From the IMG/VR virus record IMGVR_UViG_3300037258_001185, positions 1 to 64,000 of that record: 64,000 nucleotides of DNA, one strand, 5' to 3'. The notes under the pieces were generated by a model. It was not told where the DNA came from. It searched no databases and saw only the letters and a list, made by a program, of their open reading frames with translations. Each line of letters begins with the position of its first letter. The stretch's first letter is position 1. Below, one piece after another: positions 46,944-57,289 of this stretch. A program made the translations under genes and the position numbers. Source of the DNA: a virus.

Positions 46944-48356
46944 ATGATCTTCCACCTCAACTACCCGCTCGAAGGCCTGCGCGGCGCCGACTACAACCCG
47001 CGCCACATCGGCGAGACCGAGCTCGCCCGGCTGCGTCATTCGCTCGAACGCCTCAGCGTCTGCAAGCCGATCATCGTGCACGGCAAGACGATCGTCGCCG
47101 GCCACCAGCGCACGCGGTCGTTGCGGGCGCTCGGCCGGACGCACGCGCCGGCGATCGTCTTGGAGACGATCACGGCGACCGACGAAATCCGCTTCAACCA
47201 GCTCCACAACGGCACCGATTTTGACGCCGGTGACGAGAACTGCACGGTCGGGCCGGCTGGCTGCGAGCCGCTCCATTTCGAGGATGTGGCCTATCGCGCC
47301 ATCCAGGGCAACCTGCGCGGCCGGCTCGCGCCGGTACGGGGCGAAATCTGCCGCCTCGTCGAGCGCTACGGCAATTGGGGTGCCGCGACCGCGACGATGT
47401 CCGGCAAGGTCATCCATGCCGCGCAGTTCGCGCTGGCCTGCCGCCTGACCGGGCGGCCGTGCCGGGTCTACCGGATCCCCGACGAGATGGAGGAGGAGGC
47501 GGCAGCGCTGCTCGGCGCGAGCTACGGCAAGTTCTCCTACGAGCACCTGCCGCGCGCGACCTACATCCAGACCCGCGCCCAGATGTTCCGGCTACGGGAG
47601 AACGGGTCGCCGAAGCTCAACCTGTCGGCGCTCTACGAGACGCGCGTCAAGCCGGAATTGGCGCCCTCTGAGCGCATTCTCGATTTCGGCTGCGGCGAGG
47701 GCGATTACGTGCAGGCGCTATGCGCACGCGGCCACCCGATATTCGGGATCGAGTTCTTTTTCCGCGATGGCCAGAGCATCGACGCGACAACGGTGCATCG
47801 GATGATCGACGCCGCGACGGCCGACATGGAACGCAACGGCCTGTTCGATGTCGTCCTGGCCGACAGCGTGATGAACAGCATCGACTCGAAGCTGGCCGAG
47901 GCGGATGTCCTGACCTGCCTCAACGCGTTCTGCCGGCCGGGCGGCCGCATCTACTTCTCGGGCCGGCCGATGTATCGCGTCGAGAAGTCGCTGCGGGCGA
48001 CCTTGCGGGCCGATCAGCGGCGCGGCATCGAGTTCCTCGACGCCGACGGTTTCACCGGCCTCTACCGGGAAGGCAACTGGTTCTACCAGAAATTCCACTC
48101 CGACGAGGAGGCGCGCGCGCTTGGTGCCCGCTTCGTCGGCGAGCGGGCGAGCTTCAGCGGGGGCAAAAACTCCTGGCAGGTCGGCGGCGTCAAGACCATC
48201 GAGTTGCCGGCAGAGGAATGCCGCGCGTCGATCGCCCGCGAGTTCGACCTTATCTGGCCGGCAGGACGCCGCGTTGGCCGAGCGGATCAAATGCTCGCCG
48301 CATGGGATCGAGCCCGTAATATGCCACTCCGAACCGCCAATTCCGACAGGTCGTGA
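46944..48356 (+). CDS. ParB-domain / class I SAM-dependent methyltransferase fusion
   Basis: YNPR.I, IVAGHQR; ILDFGCGEG, FDVV..DSV.NS. Confidence 0.8.
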   Translation: MIFHLNYPLEGLRGADYNPRHIGETELARLRHSLERLSVCKPIIVHGKTIVAGHQRTRSLRALGRTHAPAIVLETITATDEIRFNQLHNGTDFDAGDENCTVGPAGCEPLHFEDVAYRAIQGNLRGRLAPVRGEICRLVERYGNWGAATATMSGKVIHAAQFALACRLTGRPCRVYRIPDEMEEEAAALLGASYGKFSYEHLPRATYIQTRAQMFRLRENGSPKLNLSALYETRVKPELAPSERILDFGCGEGDYVQALCARGHPIFGIEFFFRDGQSIDATTVHRMIDAATADMERNGLFDVVLADSVMNSIDSKLAEADVLTCLNAFCRPGGRIYFSGRPMYRVEKSLRATLRADQRRGIEFLDADGFTGLYREGNWFYQKFHSDEEARALGARFVGERASFSGGKNSWQVGGVKTIELPAEECRASIAREFDLIWPAGRRVGRADQMLAAWDRARNMPLRTANSDRS

Positions 48357-48807
48357 ATTCCTTGCCGCGGCTGTCGTAGCCGAGCGGCAGGTCGGGGATC
48401 TCGACGCGCCGCGCACCGGCGATGCGAAACACGGTCCCGGTGGAGGCGCGGACCTCGGCGACGCTGTGCGGGTCGGGGATCGCGACCAGGTGCAGGTTCT
48501 TCGACCAATCCCATGACTGATGCACGCCGCACAGGTAGATCGCGTCATAGGCGAGGCTGGATCGTCCCCACGGCCGGCTGGTGCCCGGGGCGCCGGGCGC
48601 AAGGCCCATCGGGGTGCCGGGAACGAGCTTTTTGGCGAGTGACGGCAGCGTCCAGCCGATGATGCAGGTCTGGCAATGACAGTGCGGATCGAAGCCATTT
48701 GCGAATTTGACCCATAGGGTTCGCCAGCCGGCGAGCGGGCCATCGGCGGTCAGGGTCGGGGTCGGGGTCGGTTCCGCGGGAGACGGAGCGGACGGCTCTT
48801 GCGACAT
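48250..48807 (-). CDS. hypothetical protein
   Basis: GAGG RBS; GFDP.C.CQ.C..G, YLCGV...W..NLH; overlaps the 3' end of the convergent gene. Confidence 0.55.
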   Translation of the reverse strand: MSQEPSAPSPAEPTPTPTLTADGPLAGWRTLWVKFANGFDPHCHCQTCIIGWTLPSLAKKLVPGTPMGLAPGAPGTSRPWGRSSLAYDAIYLCGVHQSWDWSKNLHLVAIPDPHSVAEVRASTGTVFRIAGARRVEIPDLPLGYDSRGKEFTTCRNWRFGVAYYGLDPMRRAFDPLGQRGVLPAR

Positions 48808-49124
48808 GATCATCCTCAGAGGGGACATTAGCCGCACAACATATCACAGTCAGTGGCAAGATGCCACAATCATCGCGCTCGATTCGTGGAGCCCATCAAG
48901 TGACCCCCTCTCATAGAGGCGCGCAACACGCGCTTTTCTGCGGATCAGGTGATTGGGCTGGCGTTTTTTGGTCAATTGGTTTACTGAGAAAATTCTCAAT
49001 CGATCAGTCCGCCTAGAGATTGGGCTGCCGGGAGCCCGGACGGTCGAGCTCTGATTGATCCCGCCGGCGGCATGAGCCGCTGGCCTGCCGCCGGTCCCGG
49101 CCGGCGGTTTTTCTGTTCAGGCCG

Positions 49125-49592
49125 ATGACCAAGAGACACGTACCGAGCGACCGGACGCGGGCGACGGTCGAGGCGCTTGCCGCCTACGGCATCCCCGAGG
49201 AACACATCGCGGCTGACATCGGCGTCTCGCCGCCGACGCTGCGCAAGCACTACCGCGCCGAACTCGATACCGCCGCGACCCGCGCCAACGCCAAGGTCGG
49301 CGAGTTTCTGTTCTCGATGGCCACCGGCCGCAACGGGCCGCTTGCTCGCGACAAGGATGGCTCGGTCATCCGCGACGCCAACGGCGTTCCAATCCGGGAG
49401 GCCGATTACCGCGCCTCGACGACAGCAGCGATCTTCTGGGCGAAGACTCGGATGCTTTGGCGCGAGGTCTCCGGTGTAAATCTGAGTGTCGAAGATGATT
49501 CGTCCGGCGCGCGAGAACTGCTCACTCGCGCAATCGATCGCCTCGCTCCCGCCGGAGGAGAGGAGACGGCTACTACGGCGCCTGAAGCCTGA
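49125..49592 (+). CDS. terminase small subunit
   Basis: V..LA.YG.P...IA..IGVS..TLRKHY..EL, AAIFW.K.R..W.E; precedes TerL. Confidence 0.8.
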   Translation: MTKRHVPSDRTRATVEALAAYGIPEEHIAADIGVSPPTLRKHYRAELDTAATRANAKVGEFLFSMATGRNGPLARDKDGSVIRDANGVPIREADYRASTTAAIFWAKTRMLWREVSGVNLSVEDDSSGARELLTRAIDRLAPAGGEETATTAPEA

Positions 49593-50922
49593 AGCCGTCA
49601 AGGAACTGCTCTACGATTGGAAGTTCTGGGCGCGGCCCAACCAGCTCGCGCCGCCGGGCGACTGGAGAACCTGGCTGGTGCTCGCGGGGCGCGGCTTCGG
49701 CAAGACCCGCACAGGCGCCGAGTTGGTCCGCGATCGCGTGGCGGCCGGCTATAAGCGCATCGCGCTCGTCGGCGCGACGGCGGCCGACACCCGCGACGTC
49801 ATGGTCGAGGGCGAGAGCGGTATCCTGGCGATTTCTCCGGCCAACAACCGGCCGCGCTACGTTTCAACGGTACGGCGCCTGATGTGGCCCAACGGGGCAA
49901 TCGCCACAACCTATTCGGCAGAAGAGCCGGAGCGCCTTCGCGGTCCGCAGCACGATTTCGCCTGGTGCGACGAGATTGCCGCGTGGCGATATCCGGAAGC
50001 GTGGGACATGCTGATGTTCGGGCTGCGCCTCGGGCGCGACCCGCGGTCCGTCGTGACGACAACGCCGAAGCCGATCAAGCTGGTGCGGGATCTGCTGGCC
50101 GACCCGACGACAAAAATCACTCGCGGTTCGACCTACGACAACCGCGGCAACCTGGCGCCGGCGTTCTTCACCCAGATCATCCGCAAATACGAAGGCACGC
50201 GCCTCGGGCGACAGGAAATCGAGGCCGAGTTGCTCGCCGACACGCCGGGCGCGCTGTGGACCATGAAGCGGATCGATGAGTTGCGCGTCAATCGTGGCGC
50301 CTATCCCGAGCTCACGCGGATCGTCGTCGCGATCGACCCGGCCGTTTCAACCGGCGAGGATTCGGACGAAACGGGCATCGTGGTGGCCGGCAAGAGCGCC
50401 GCCGGCCACGGCTATGTGCTGCATGACGGCTCCGGTCGGATGATGCCGACCGAGTGGGCGCGCGCGGCAATCAAGGCCTATCGGGACCATCACGCCGACC
50501 GTGTTGTCGCGGAGGTCAATCAAGGCGGCGATATGGTCGAGACGACCGTGCGCATGGTCGACCCCAATGTTTCCTATACCGCCGTCCACGCCAGCCGGGG
50601 AAAGGTCGTCCGGGCCGAGCCGGTCGCGGCGCTCTACGAGCAGGGCAGAATCCATCACGTCGGCGCGTTCCCGCAACTCGAAGATCAGATGTGCGCGTTC
50701 ACCAGCGATTTCGACAGGAAATCGTCGGGGTCGCCGGATCGCGTTGACGCGCTGGTCTGGGCATTCACCGAATTGCTGGTCGACCAGGCGGCGGGCGCTG
50801 GCGTCGCTGGCTTTACCCGCCGCCTTGCCGACGAGACCCGGGCTGCCGCCCAGAAACCGCTAGCGACAAAGGTTATTCCGGCCCGCGGCTCGAAGGAATG
50901 GCAAGAGCTGTACGGGGAGTGA
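49486..50922 (+). CDS. terminase large subunit
   Basis: Walker A AGRGFGKT, Walker B WCDE, TTTP, nuclease IDPA...DETGI and SPDRVDA; exact start uncertain. Confidence 0.95.
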   Translation: MSKMIRPARENCSLAQSIASLPPEERRRLLRRLKPEAVKELLYDWKFWARPNQLAPPGDWRTWLVLAGRGFGKTRTGAELVRDRVAAGYKRIALVGATAADTRDVMVEGESGILAISPANNRPRYVSTVRRLMWPNGAIATTYSAEEPERLRGPQHDFAWCDEIAAWRYPEAWDMLMFGLRLGRDPRSVVTTTPKPIKLVRDLLADPTTKITRGSTYDNRGNLAPAFFTQIIRKYEGTRLGRQEIEAELLADTPGALWTMKRIDELRVNRGAYPELTRIVVAIDPAVSTGEDSDETGIVVAGKSAAGHGYVLHDGSGRMMPTEWARAAIKAYRDHHADRVVAEVNQGGDMVETTVRMVDPNVSYTAVHASRGKVVRAEPVAALYEQGRIHHVGAFPQLEDQMCAFTSDFDRKSSGSPDRVDALVWAFTELLVDQAAGAGVAGFTRRLADETRAAAQKPLATKVIPARGSKEWQELYGE

Positions 50923-51020
50923 TGTACCGCCGCTCTCGCCGGCATATCCGGCGATCGGCATATGGCAGGGCGGACGCGCCCCGCCACCCATGACCGGAAG
51001 CTGACAGGGAGCGGCCCACA

Positions 51021-52520
51021 ATGCCACCTGCCGGCGCTCCGCGGACAACGCTAACCGAACTGGTATCGACCGTCACGGGATACCAGCAGCGGGTCGTGTT
51101 CGGACAGAGCGGCGTCTTCTCGCCGGGCTCGCCGATCAGTCCCGTCGTCAAAGAGCCGGTCCGCGCGATCGACTTTCGGGTCGGCGAGAACACGTTCTGG
51201 ACGCCTCGCTCCGGCGAGGCTTGGTCGTTCCAGCAATTGCGCAACCTGGTCGAGCCTGGCGGCTTTGACATTGCACGTCTCGCGATCGAGACCCGCAAGG
51301 ACCAGCTTGAACGGCTCGACTACACAGTTCGGCCAATCGACACGAAGAAGCGCAAGGACAAAGACGCGCGCGCCATCGCGCTGACGAAGATGATCCGGCG
51401 CCCGGACGGCGTTCGGGATTTTGCCACCTGGACCCGCCTGCTGCTCGAAGACCTGTTCGTCATCGACGCGCCGGCCGTCGAGGTGCGCCGCAACCGCGGC
51501 GGCAAGATCATCGGCTTTGACGTCGTCGACGGCGCGACCTTCAAGCTGCTGCTCGACGACACGGGCCGCACGCCCCAGCCGCCGGCGCCGGCCTACGAGC
51601 AGGTCATCAAGGGGCGCCCTTGGAACCTGCTGACGACCGACGACCTGATCTACCGTCCGCGCAACCAGCGCCCGCACAAGATTTACGGCCTCAGCCCGGT
51701 CGAGCAGATCCTGACGACGATCCATATCGGACTGTCGCGCCAGCTCAGCCAGCTCAACTATTTCACCGACGGCACGACACCGCCCGGCTTCCTCAATGCG
51801 CCGGAGGGCTGGTCGCCCGATCAGGTGAAGGAATACTACGACAACCTGATGGCCGTGCTGTCCGGTAACCTCGATGCCCGCCGTCGCATCTGGATGGCGC
51901 CGCACGGTGCGACCTACCAGTCGATCAAGGATGCGCCGCTCAAGGACGAGTTCGACGAGTGGATCGCGCGCGTCGTCTGTTACGCCTTCTCGCTGCCGCC
52001 GACGGCCTTCATCAAGCAGCTCAACCGCTCGTCGTCGGAGACCTCCGACGAAACCTCGCAGGAAGAGGGGCTTGAGCCGCTGAAGGGCTGGGTCAAGCGC
52101 TGGTGGGACGAAGTCATCCAGTTGCGGATGGGCTATGACGACCTCGAATTCGCCTGGGTCGACGACAGGCCGATCGATCCGCAGGTACAGGCCACCATCG
52201 ACAACCTGAACCTGCGCAACGGCCTGCTGTGCATTAACGACGTGCTGGATCACCACGGCTTCGACCCCATCGCCAACGGCAACCGCCACCTGATCTACAC
52301 CGCGAGCGGCGCGGTATTGCTCGACACGATCGTCGCCAGCGATGACCCGAGCAATCAATTGACGCCGCCGGCGCACCCCGGCGCGGTCGCCCATGATCCG
52401 GCGGCCGTCCTGCCCAATCCGACGGCCACGCCGCCGACCGACGGAGGCGCGAACGATGACTCCGAGGCGGCTGCACCTGATGGTAAGGGCCGAGGTACAC
52501 CGGCCGCCGACCAACCTTGA
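51021..52520 (+). CDS. portal protein
   Basis: YGLSPVEQ, YFT.G..P, R.VCYAFS.PP; follows TerL. Confidence 0.9.
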   Translation: MPPAGAPRTTLTELVSTVTGYQQRVVFGQSGVFSPGSPISPVVKEPVRAIDFRVGENTFWTPRSGEAWSFQQLRNLVEPGGFDIARLAIETRKDQLERLDYTVRPIDTKKRKDKDARAIALTKMIRRPDGVRDFATWTRLLLEDLFVIDAPAVEVRRNRGGKIIGFDVVDGATFKLLLDDTGRTPQPPAPAYEQVIKGRPWNLLTTDDLIYRPRNQRPHKIYGLSPVEQILTTIHIGLSRQLSQLNYFTDGTTPPGFLNAPEGWSPDQVKEYYDNLMAVLSGNLDARRRIWMAPHGATYQSIKDAPLKDEFDEWIARVVCYAFSLPPTAFIKQLNRSSSETSDETSQEEGLEPLKGWVKRWWDEVIQLRMGYDDLEFAWVDDRPIDPQVQATIDNLNLRNGLLCINDVLDHHGFDPIANGNRHLIYTASGAVLLDTIVASDDPSNQLTPPAHPGAVAHDPAAVLPNPTATPPTDGGANDDSEAAAPDGKGRGTPAADQP

Positions 52521-52854
52521 TGCGGCTAAGGCCTGGCTGCTCCGGCTGATTGACGCAGTCGGCATGACGCTGGCGACGGGCCCGGAGGCCAATCCGATCG
52601 CCTACTACTGCGACACGCCGGGCAACCGCGGCCTGACGGCCTCGGCGATCATCGAAACCAGCAACATCACGCTGCACACCTGGGATGAGGCGAGCCCCGG
52701 CGAATTGCAGCTCGACCTGTTCACCTGCGGCGATCTCGATACCGAGACGGCGCTTGGCTTTCTCGACGAGTTCGGCCCCGAGAGGGTCGACCACCTGCTC
52801 ATCAATCGCCGCGATGGCCTCGGGGTCGCGCGGCTTTGGAGTGACCGCCGATGA
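52456..52854 (+). CDS. S-adenosylmethionine decarboxylase-like (pyruvoyl) proenzyme
   Basis: GLTA...IETS.I..HTW.E.....Q.D.FTC. Confidence 0.8.
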   Translation: MTPRRLHLMVRAEVHRPPTNLDAAKAWLLRLIDAVGMTLATGPEANPIAYYCDTPGNRGLTASAIIETSNITLHTWDEASPGELQLDLFTCGDLDTETALGFLDEFGPERVDHLLINRRDGLGVARLWSDRR

Positions 52855-53516
52855 CCTTCACGATGATTGCCCCCGGCCCCTATCAGGTCTTCGAAACGCT
52901 CGGCGCGACCTACACGTCGGACACCCATGGGATCATCACCGGCGTCGCGCAGGCCGATGTCTCCGACATGATCAACATGGGCTGCCGGCAGCAGGTAGCG
53001 AGCACCCAGGCGGCGGGCGCCAACGGGCTGATGCCGGCGCCGCTCGCGCTGAGCCATTTCCGGAACGCGGACGGTTCGACCGTGGCCGCTGCCGCTGCCG
53101 CCGGCAAGTTCGGGTATTCGATCACGCTGGGCACCTCGTTCGGCCTGATCGGTGAGGCCGCGAACAACAACACCAAGACCGACGACGCGATCGTCGAGTT
53201 TGTGCTGCCGCCCTGGTATCTGGCCGGCCAGAACCTCACTGTCACGGTCAACGCCAAGCTGACCGGCGCCGGCACGCCGGGCACCAAGACGGCGCAGATC
53301 AAGGCATACCGGACCGCCAGCGACGGCACGCAGGGCGCCGACATTGGCCCGGGCGCGGCCTCCGCGATCACCGCGGCCGGCGCCGACATCGCCTTTACGG
53401 TGACCGGCACGACGCTCAACCCAGGCGACCGCTTGGTGTTCGAACTGGAAGCGGTGCTTCAGGAGACCGCCTCCTCGAACCTCGACGTGGTGATCGACTC
53501 GGTGCGGGTCAGCTAA
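52851..53516 (+). CDS. putative virion structural protein
   Basis: Ala/Thr/Gly-rich protein in the head module. Confidence 0.55.
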   Translation: MTFTMIAPGPYQVFETLGATYTSDTHGIITGVAQADVSDMINMGCRQQVASTQAAGANGLMPAPLALSHFRNADGSTVAAAAAAGKFGYSITLGTSFGLIGEAANNNTKTDDAIVEFVLPPWYLAGQNLTVTVNAKLTGAGTPGTKTAQIKAYRTASDGTQGADIGPGAASAITAAGADIAFTVTGTTLNPGDRLVFELEAVLQETASSNLDVVIDSVRVS

Positions 53517-53537
53517 GGCGCTAGGAGGGCCGCGCCC

Positions 53538-55619
53538 ATGCGCTTCTATGCCTCGATCGCCAAGGTTGATGCCGAGCAGCGCATGGTGTGGGGTTACGCC
53601 TCGACCGAAGCGGTTGACGGCGAGGGCGAGACGATCCTGCGCTCGGCCATCGAGGGCGCGCTCGACGACTACATGAAGTTCGCGAACATCCGCGAGATGC
53701 ACCAGCTCTCCGCGGTCGGCGTCGCGAAAGAGGCGGCCATCGACGACAAGGGCCTCTATCTCGGCGCGAAGATCGTTGATGACGACGCCTGGCAGAAAGT
53801 CATCGAGGGCGTCTACAAGGGATTTTCGATCGGCGGCAAGGCGCTCGCGCGCGATCCCGCCAACCGCAAGACCATCACTCAGCTCCGCCTTTTCGAAATC
53901 AGCTTGGTCGACCGGCCCTGCAACCCAGAGGCCGTGTTCGACTGCTGGAAAGCGGCCGATGCCGCGGCATCCATCACAGGAGACACGCCCTTGACCACCG
54001 AAACTCCGGCGGATGCCGCCGCGGTCGTCGCCGCGTTCATCGCGGGCGAAGAGATCCCCGTCGTCAAGGTCGCACCGGTCGACGGCAAGACCGTTGCATT
54101 GTCGGAGGGCGAGGTGCCGAACGTGGCGTCCGGCGCTTCCGGCGAGACGACCGTCGGCGCGCCGGTGGATGGCGCGGCAGTCGATCCGCCGACCGGCGAG
54201 GTTCCCGTTGTCACGCCCGTCGCGTCCGGCGAGGCCGTTGTCGAGACGCCGGTCGACGGCAGCCGGCCGGCCGCGATGATCCCGAGCGGCGACGGTTCGC
54301 CCGTCCAGGTGGTCAACCCTGAGGGCGAGGTTGTCGATATCGACGCCGCTCTCACCAAGCTCGACGAGGCCGGCGAGGACGACCCGATCGTCAAGCGCAA
54401 GTTCACCGCCGCGCAGCGCCGCGACGCCGCCAAGGCCGGGACGGCGATGAAGGACGGCTCGTTCCCGATCGAGAACAAGCAGGATCTCAAGGACTCGATC
54501 CAGGCGCTCGGCCGCGCCAAGGACCGCAACGCGACGATCGCGCATATCAAGCGCCGCGCCAAGGCGCTCAACCTTGAGGATGAGTTGCCGCCCTGGCTCG
54601 GCGGCCCGAAGCCCGATGCCAAGAAGACCGAGCGTCATGTGCCGGGCCAGGTCTGGACTTGCGGCGATCCCGCGCACCAGCACCTCGCCAAGGCCGAAGC
54701 CGTGGCCTGCCTCGACCAGCGCGACGCGATCGCCAAGGCGGCGGCGTCCGCGAAGCCGGCAGCCGATGCGGTGGCGCAGTTGCGCGATGTCGTCGGCGCG
54801 GCGTTGGCGGCCGCCGGCAAAGATCCGACCATCGCCACGGTCGCCGACACCACCACCGTCCGCAAGGGCCTCTACACCCTGAGCGACCTCGCCTGCATGG
54901 TGCTGCAGCTCCGCTCGATGGTGTGCAACGTCGATTACGAAGAGACCAGCGAAAAGGACAGCGACTCCCGGCTGCCGCAGTTGATGCGCGACGCGCTGGC
55001 CTCGCTCGTCACCGCCTTCCGGGCGATGTCCGATGAGGAGACCGCGGAGCTGCTGGAATCGGTCGCGACCAACACGGCCGAGCCCGACAACGCGGCGACA
55101 TTCCTCTACATGGCCGCCCATTCCGGCGATCTCTTCAAGGCCGGCGCGCGGCACAGCAAGGCCGACATGGCCACCATCCAGAAGTGCCACGACATGCTGT
55201 CCGACCTCGGCGCGCAGTGCGCGATGCCCGAGGATGACACCGACAAGGTCGCCAAGGTGCTCGGCGACAAGGACGCCGAGATCAACGAGTTGCGCAAGGT
55301 GCTCGACCAAGTCGAGCCGTTGACCAAGGCTGTCACCGAGCTGGGCACGACGATCGCCGACCTGCGCAAGACGGCCGAGACGCAGGCTGCGGAGATCGCG
55401 ATGCTGAAGGCGCAGCCGATGCCGGCCAAGACCGCAACGACCCAGCACGCGGTCGAAAAGGCATTCGACAACGGCGGCGGGCCGGCCACAACCGATGAAG
55501 ACATGCTGAAGCGCCTCGGCGAGATGTCCGAGGAGGAACGCACCATGCTGCTCATCAAGGCGGCGAAGACCAATCCGGTCGCGCCGCGCTTTGCCGGCGC
55601 CCGACCGGACGCTGGCTAA
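53538..55619 (+). CDS. XkdF-like prohead protease / scaffold fusion
   Basis: QRMVWGYAS.E.VD..GE, IREMH, VYKGFSIGG, EISLVDRP.NP; internal AM.DGSFPI domain; C-terminal coiled coil. Confidence 0.85.
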   Translation: MRFYASIAKVDAEQRMVWGYASTEAVDGEGETILRSAIEGALDDYMKFANIREMHQLSAVGVAKEAAIDDKGLYLGAKIVDDDAWQKVIEGVYKGFSIGGKALARDPANRKTITQLRLFEISLVDRPCNPEAVFDCWKAADAAASITGDTPLTTETPADAAAVVAAFIAGEEIPVVKVAPVDGKTVALSEGEVPNVASGASGETTVGAPVDGAAVDPPTGEVPVVTPVASGEAVVETPVDGSRPAAMIPSGDGSPVQVVNPEGEVVDIDAALTKLDEAGEDDPIVKRKFTAAQRRDAAKAGTAMKDGSFPIENKQDLKDSIQALGRAKDRNATIAHIKRRAKALNLEDELPPWLGGPKPDAKKTERHVPGQVWTCGDPAHQHLAKAEAVACLDQRDAIAKAAASAKPAADAVAQLRDVVGAALAAAGKDPTIATVADTTTVRKGLYTLSDLACMVLQLRSMVCNVDYEETSEKDSDSRLPQLMRDALASLVTAFRAMSDEETAELLESVATNTAEPDNAATFLYMAAHSGDLFKAGARHSKADMATIQKCHDMLSDLGAQCAMPEDDTDKVAKVLGDKDAEINELRKVLDQVEPLTKAVTELGTTIADLRKTAETQAAEIAMLKAQPMPAKTATTQHAVEKAFDNGGGPATTDEDMLKRLGEMSEEERTMLLIKAAKTNPVAPRFAGARPDAG

Positions 55620-55751
55620 ACCCTTTCGCCGGCGGTATCCCGCGACGCGGGAACGGCCGGCCAACGAACGGCCCCCGGGGGCCGCATCCGAATGCCCGGG
55701 ACTCACGTCATGCCGCCGCGAGGCGCCGCATCCCTTCGATGGAGCATATCG

Positions 55752-57239
55752 ATGACGCCCCAGGAAACCCTCGACGAACTGAAGAAGTCGCTCGGCGCGC
55801 CGAGCGATACTGTCGCCAAGACCATCTCGACCGGCACCGGCATCGTCGCCTACGACTTGCAGGCCCCGGCCAAGAACCTCTACCCGGTCGTGACCCCGAT
55901 CCGCAACGCGCTGCCGCGCGTCGGCGGCGGCACCGGCCTGATGACCAACTGGCGTCAGGTCAACGCCATCATCGGCTCTGGCTTCGATAACATGGGCTGG
56001 GTCAAGGAAGGCCAGCGCTCCGGCCAGATGAACTACAGCACGTCCAACAAGTCGGCGTCGTACATGACGATCGGCGAGGAAGACGCGGCGACCTACGAGG
56101 CGATCAGCGCCGGCCGGGGTTTCGAAGACATCCAGGCCCGCATGACCATGCGCCTGCTGCAGAAGATGATGCTGAAGGAAGAGGTCGCCCTGCTCGGCGG
56201 CAATTCCAGCATCGCTCTCGGCACGCCCGGCACGATCGCGCACTCGGCTTCGGGTTCGGGCGGCACGCTGCCCGGCTCGCCGACCACCTATTACGCCCAG
56301 GTCGTCGCGCTGACGCTCGAGGGCTACCTGAATTCGAGCCTGACGGGCGGCGTCGCCATCGCCAAGACGATCACCGGCGCCGACAGCAACACCTACACGC
56401 TGAACGGCGGCTCGTCCGCGGCGGCGGATGAGGTCAGCCAGGCGGTCACCCTCGGGCAGACGCTGTTCCTGTCGGTCCCGGCGATCCAGGGCGCGGTGGC
56501 CTATGCCTGGTTCGTCGGCGCCACGTCCGGCGCAACCAAGCTGGAGGTGATCACCACGATCAACAGCGCCGCGTTCTCGGCGCCGCTGCTCGGCACCGGG
56601 CAGGTGGTCACCGCGATCACCGGCGACCATTCGAACAACCCGGACCTGGCGTTCGACGGCCTGCTGACCGCCGCGCTCAATCCGGCGAATGCCGCCTACG
56701 TCAGCATCATGGCGACCGGCACCGCCGGCACCGGCACGGTGTTGACCTCCTCGGGGCGCGGCTCGGTCGTCGAGATCGACACGATGCTGGAGGCCATGTG
56801 GAACAACTTCGAGTTGTCCCCGACGGTTCTCTACATGAACGCGCAGGAGCTGCGGAACATCACCAGCAAGGTGCTGACCAACGACTCCGGTCCGCTGGTG
56901 CGGTACGAGGCGGGCCCCGACGGCGTGCGCGCCACGGCCGGCGGGTTCGTCGAGTTCTACTACAACCCGTTCGCGCTCGGCGGCGGCATCAAGATCCCAC
57001 TGAAGATCCACCCGCGCGTCCCGCCGGGCACGATCATCGGCTGGACCGAGAACCTGCCGATCCAGTACCAGTCGAACGAGGTGCCGAACGTCGCCGAGGT
57101 CAAGACCCGCGTCGACTATTACCAGGTCGACTGGCCGGTCGTGACCCGCCAGCGCGCCGTCGGCGTCTACGCCGAGGAAGTGCTGGCCGTCTACGCCCCG
57201 TTCGCGATGGGTGTCATCACCAACATCGCGAACGGCTAA
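55752..57239 (+). CDS. major capsid protein
   Basis: GGAG RBS; YDL..PAK.LYPV.TP.RN..PRV; follows the protease. Confidence 0.8.
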   Translation: MTPQETLDELKKSLGAPSDTVAKTISTGTGIVAYDLQAPAKNLYPVVTPIRNALPRVGGGTGLMTNWRQVNAIIGSGFDNMGWVKEGQRSGQMNYSTSNKSASYMTIGEEDAATYEAISAGRGFEDIQARMTMRLLQKMMLKEEVALLGGNSSIALGTPGTIAHSASGSGGTLPGSPTTYYAQVVALTLEGYLNSSLTGGVAIAKTITGADSNTYTLNGGSSAAADEVSQAVTLGQTLFLSVPAIQGAVAYAWFVGATSGATKLEVITTINSAAFSAPLLGTGQVVTAITGDHSNNPDLAFDGLLTAALNPANAAYVSIMATGTAGTGTVLTSSGRGSVVEIDTMLEAMWNNFELSPTVLYMNAQELRNITSKVLTNDSGPLVRYEAGPDGVRATAGGFVEFYYNPFALGGGIKIPLKIHPRVPPGTIIGWTENLPIQYQSNEVPNVAEVKTRVDYYQVDWPVVTRQRAVGVYAEEVLAVYAPFAMGVITNIANG

Positions 57240-57289
57240 GGCACCCGCGCCGGAGCGTGCTCCGACGCCCGACGCCGGGAGGAACGCCA

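Noticed and set aside
49020-49115. tRNA gene before terminase
   Set aside because: Hairpins are present but there is no cloverleaf or T-loop consensus.
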